Made by a program: the position numbers and the translations under genes. A stretch of DNA of 64,000 bases from Laetmonice hystrix (Eukaryota), in contig OZ249436.1 of NCBI GenBank assembly GCA_965235115.1, positions 2,110,001 through 2,174,000 of the forward strand, read 5' to 3'. The notes under the pieces are model-generated. The model ran no database searches, had not been told where the DNA came from, and saw only the letters and a list, made by a program, of their open reading frames with translations. Below are positions 63,953-64,000 of this stretch, piece by piece; position 1 is the stretch's first letter, and every line of letters starts with the position of its first letter.

Positions 63953-64000
63953 CCAACGTCTCGATCATGTTTGTGTTTACATGGACATGAATTTGGTGAT

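Overview
Eukaryotic, intron-rich animal DNA, probably a marine invertebrate (inferred from the repeat families). It is not prokaryotic. The window covers the 5' part of a + strand unc-13/Munc13 gene. Five coding exons with compatible phases lie at 24394-24511, 33431-33554, 38038-38108, 38675-38720 and 48549-48948. They encode the C-terminal half of the C2A domain and the SEDSDYTSD linker. A further candidate exon is present twice inside a ~1.2 kb tandem duplication. About half of the window (hand sum ~31 kb) is made of roughly 30 mutually unrelated minisatellites. Two of them were amplified from unc-13 splice acceptors, leaving stacks of decoy 3' splice sites. The introns also hold a Tc1/mariner deletion derivative with a nested Helentron/DINE-like element, a Kolobok-like TTAA element, PIF/Harbinger-like MITEs (one nested in its own family, one carrying a CTCF motif), tRNA-derived SINEs and a 25-bp palindromic micro-insertion. 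Nearly all long ORFs in the supplied track are repeat artefacts. All coordinates and copy numbers were counted by hand.
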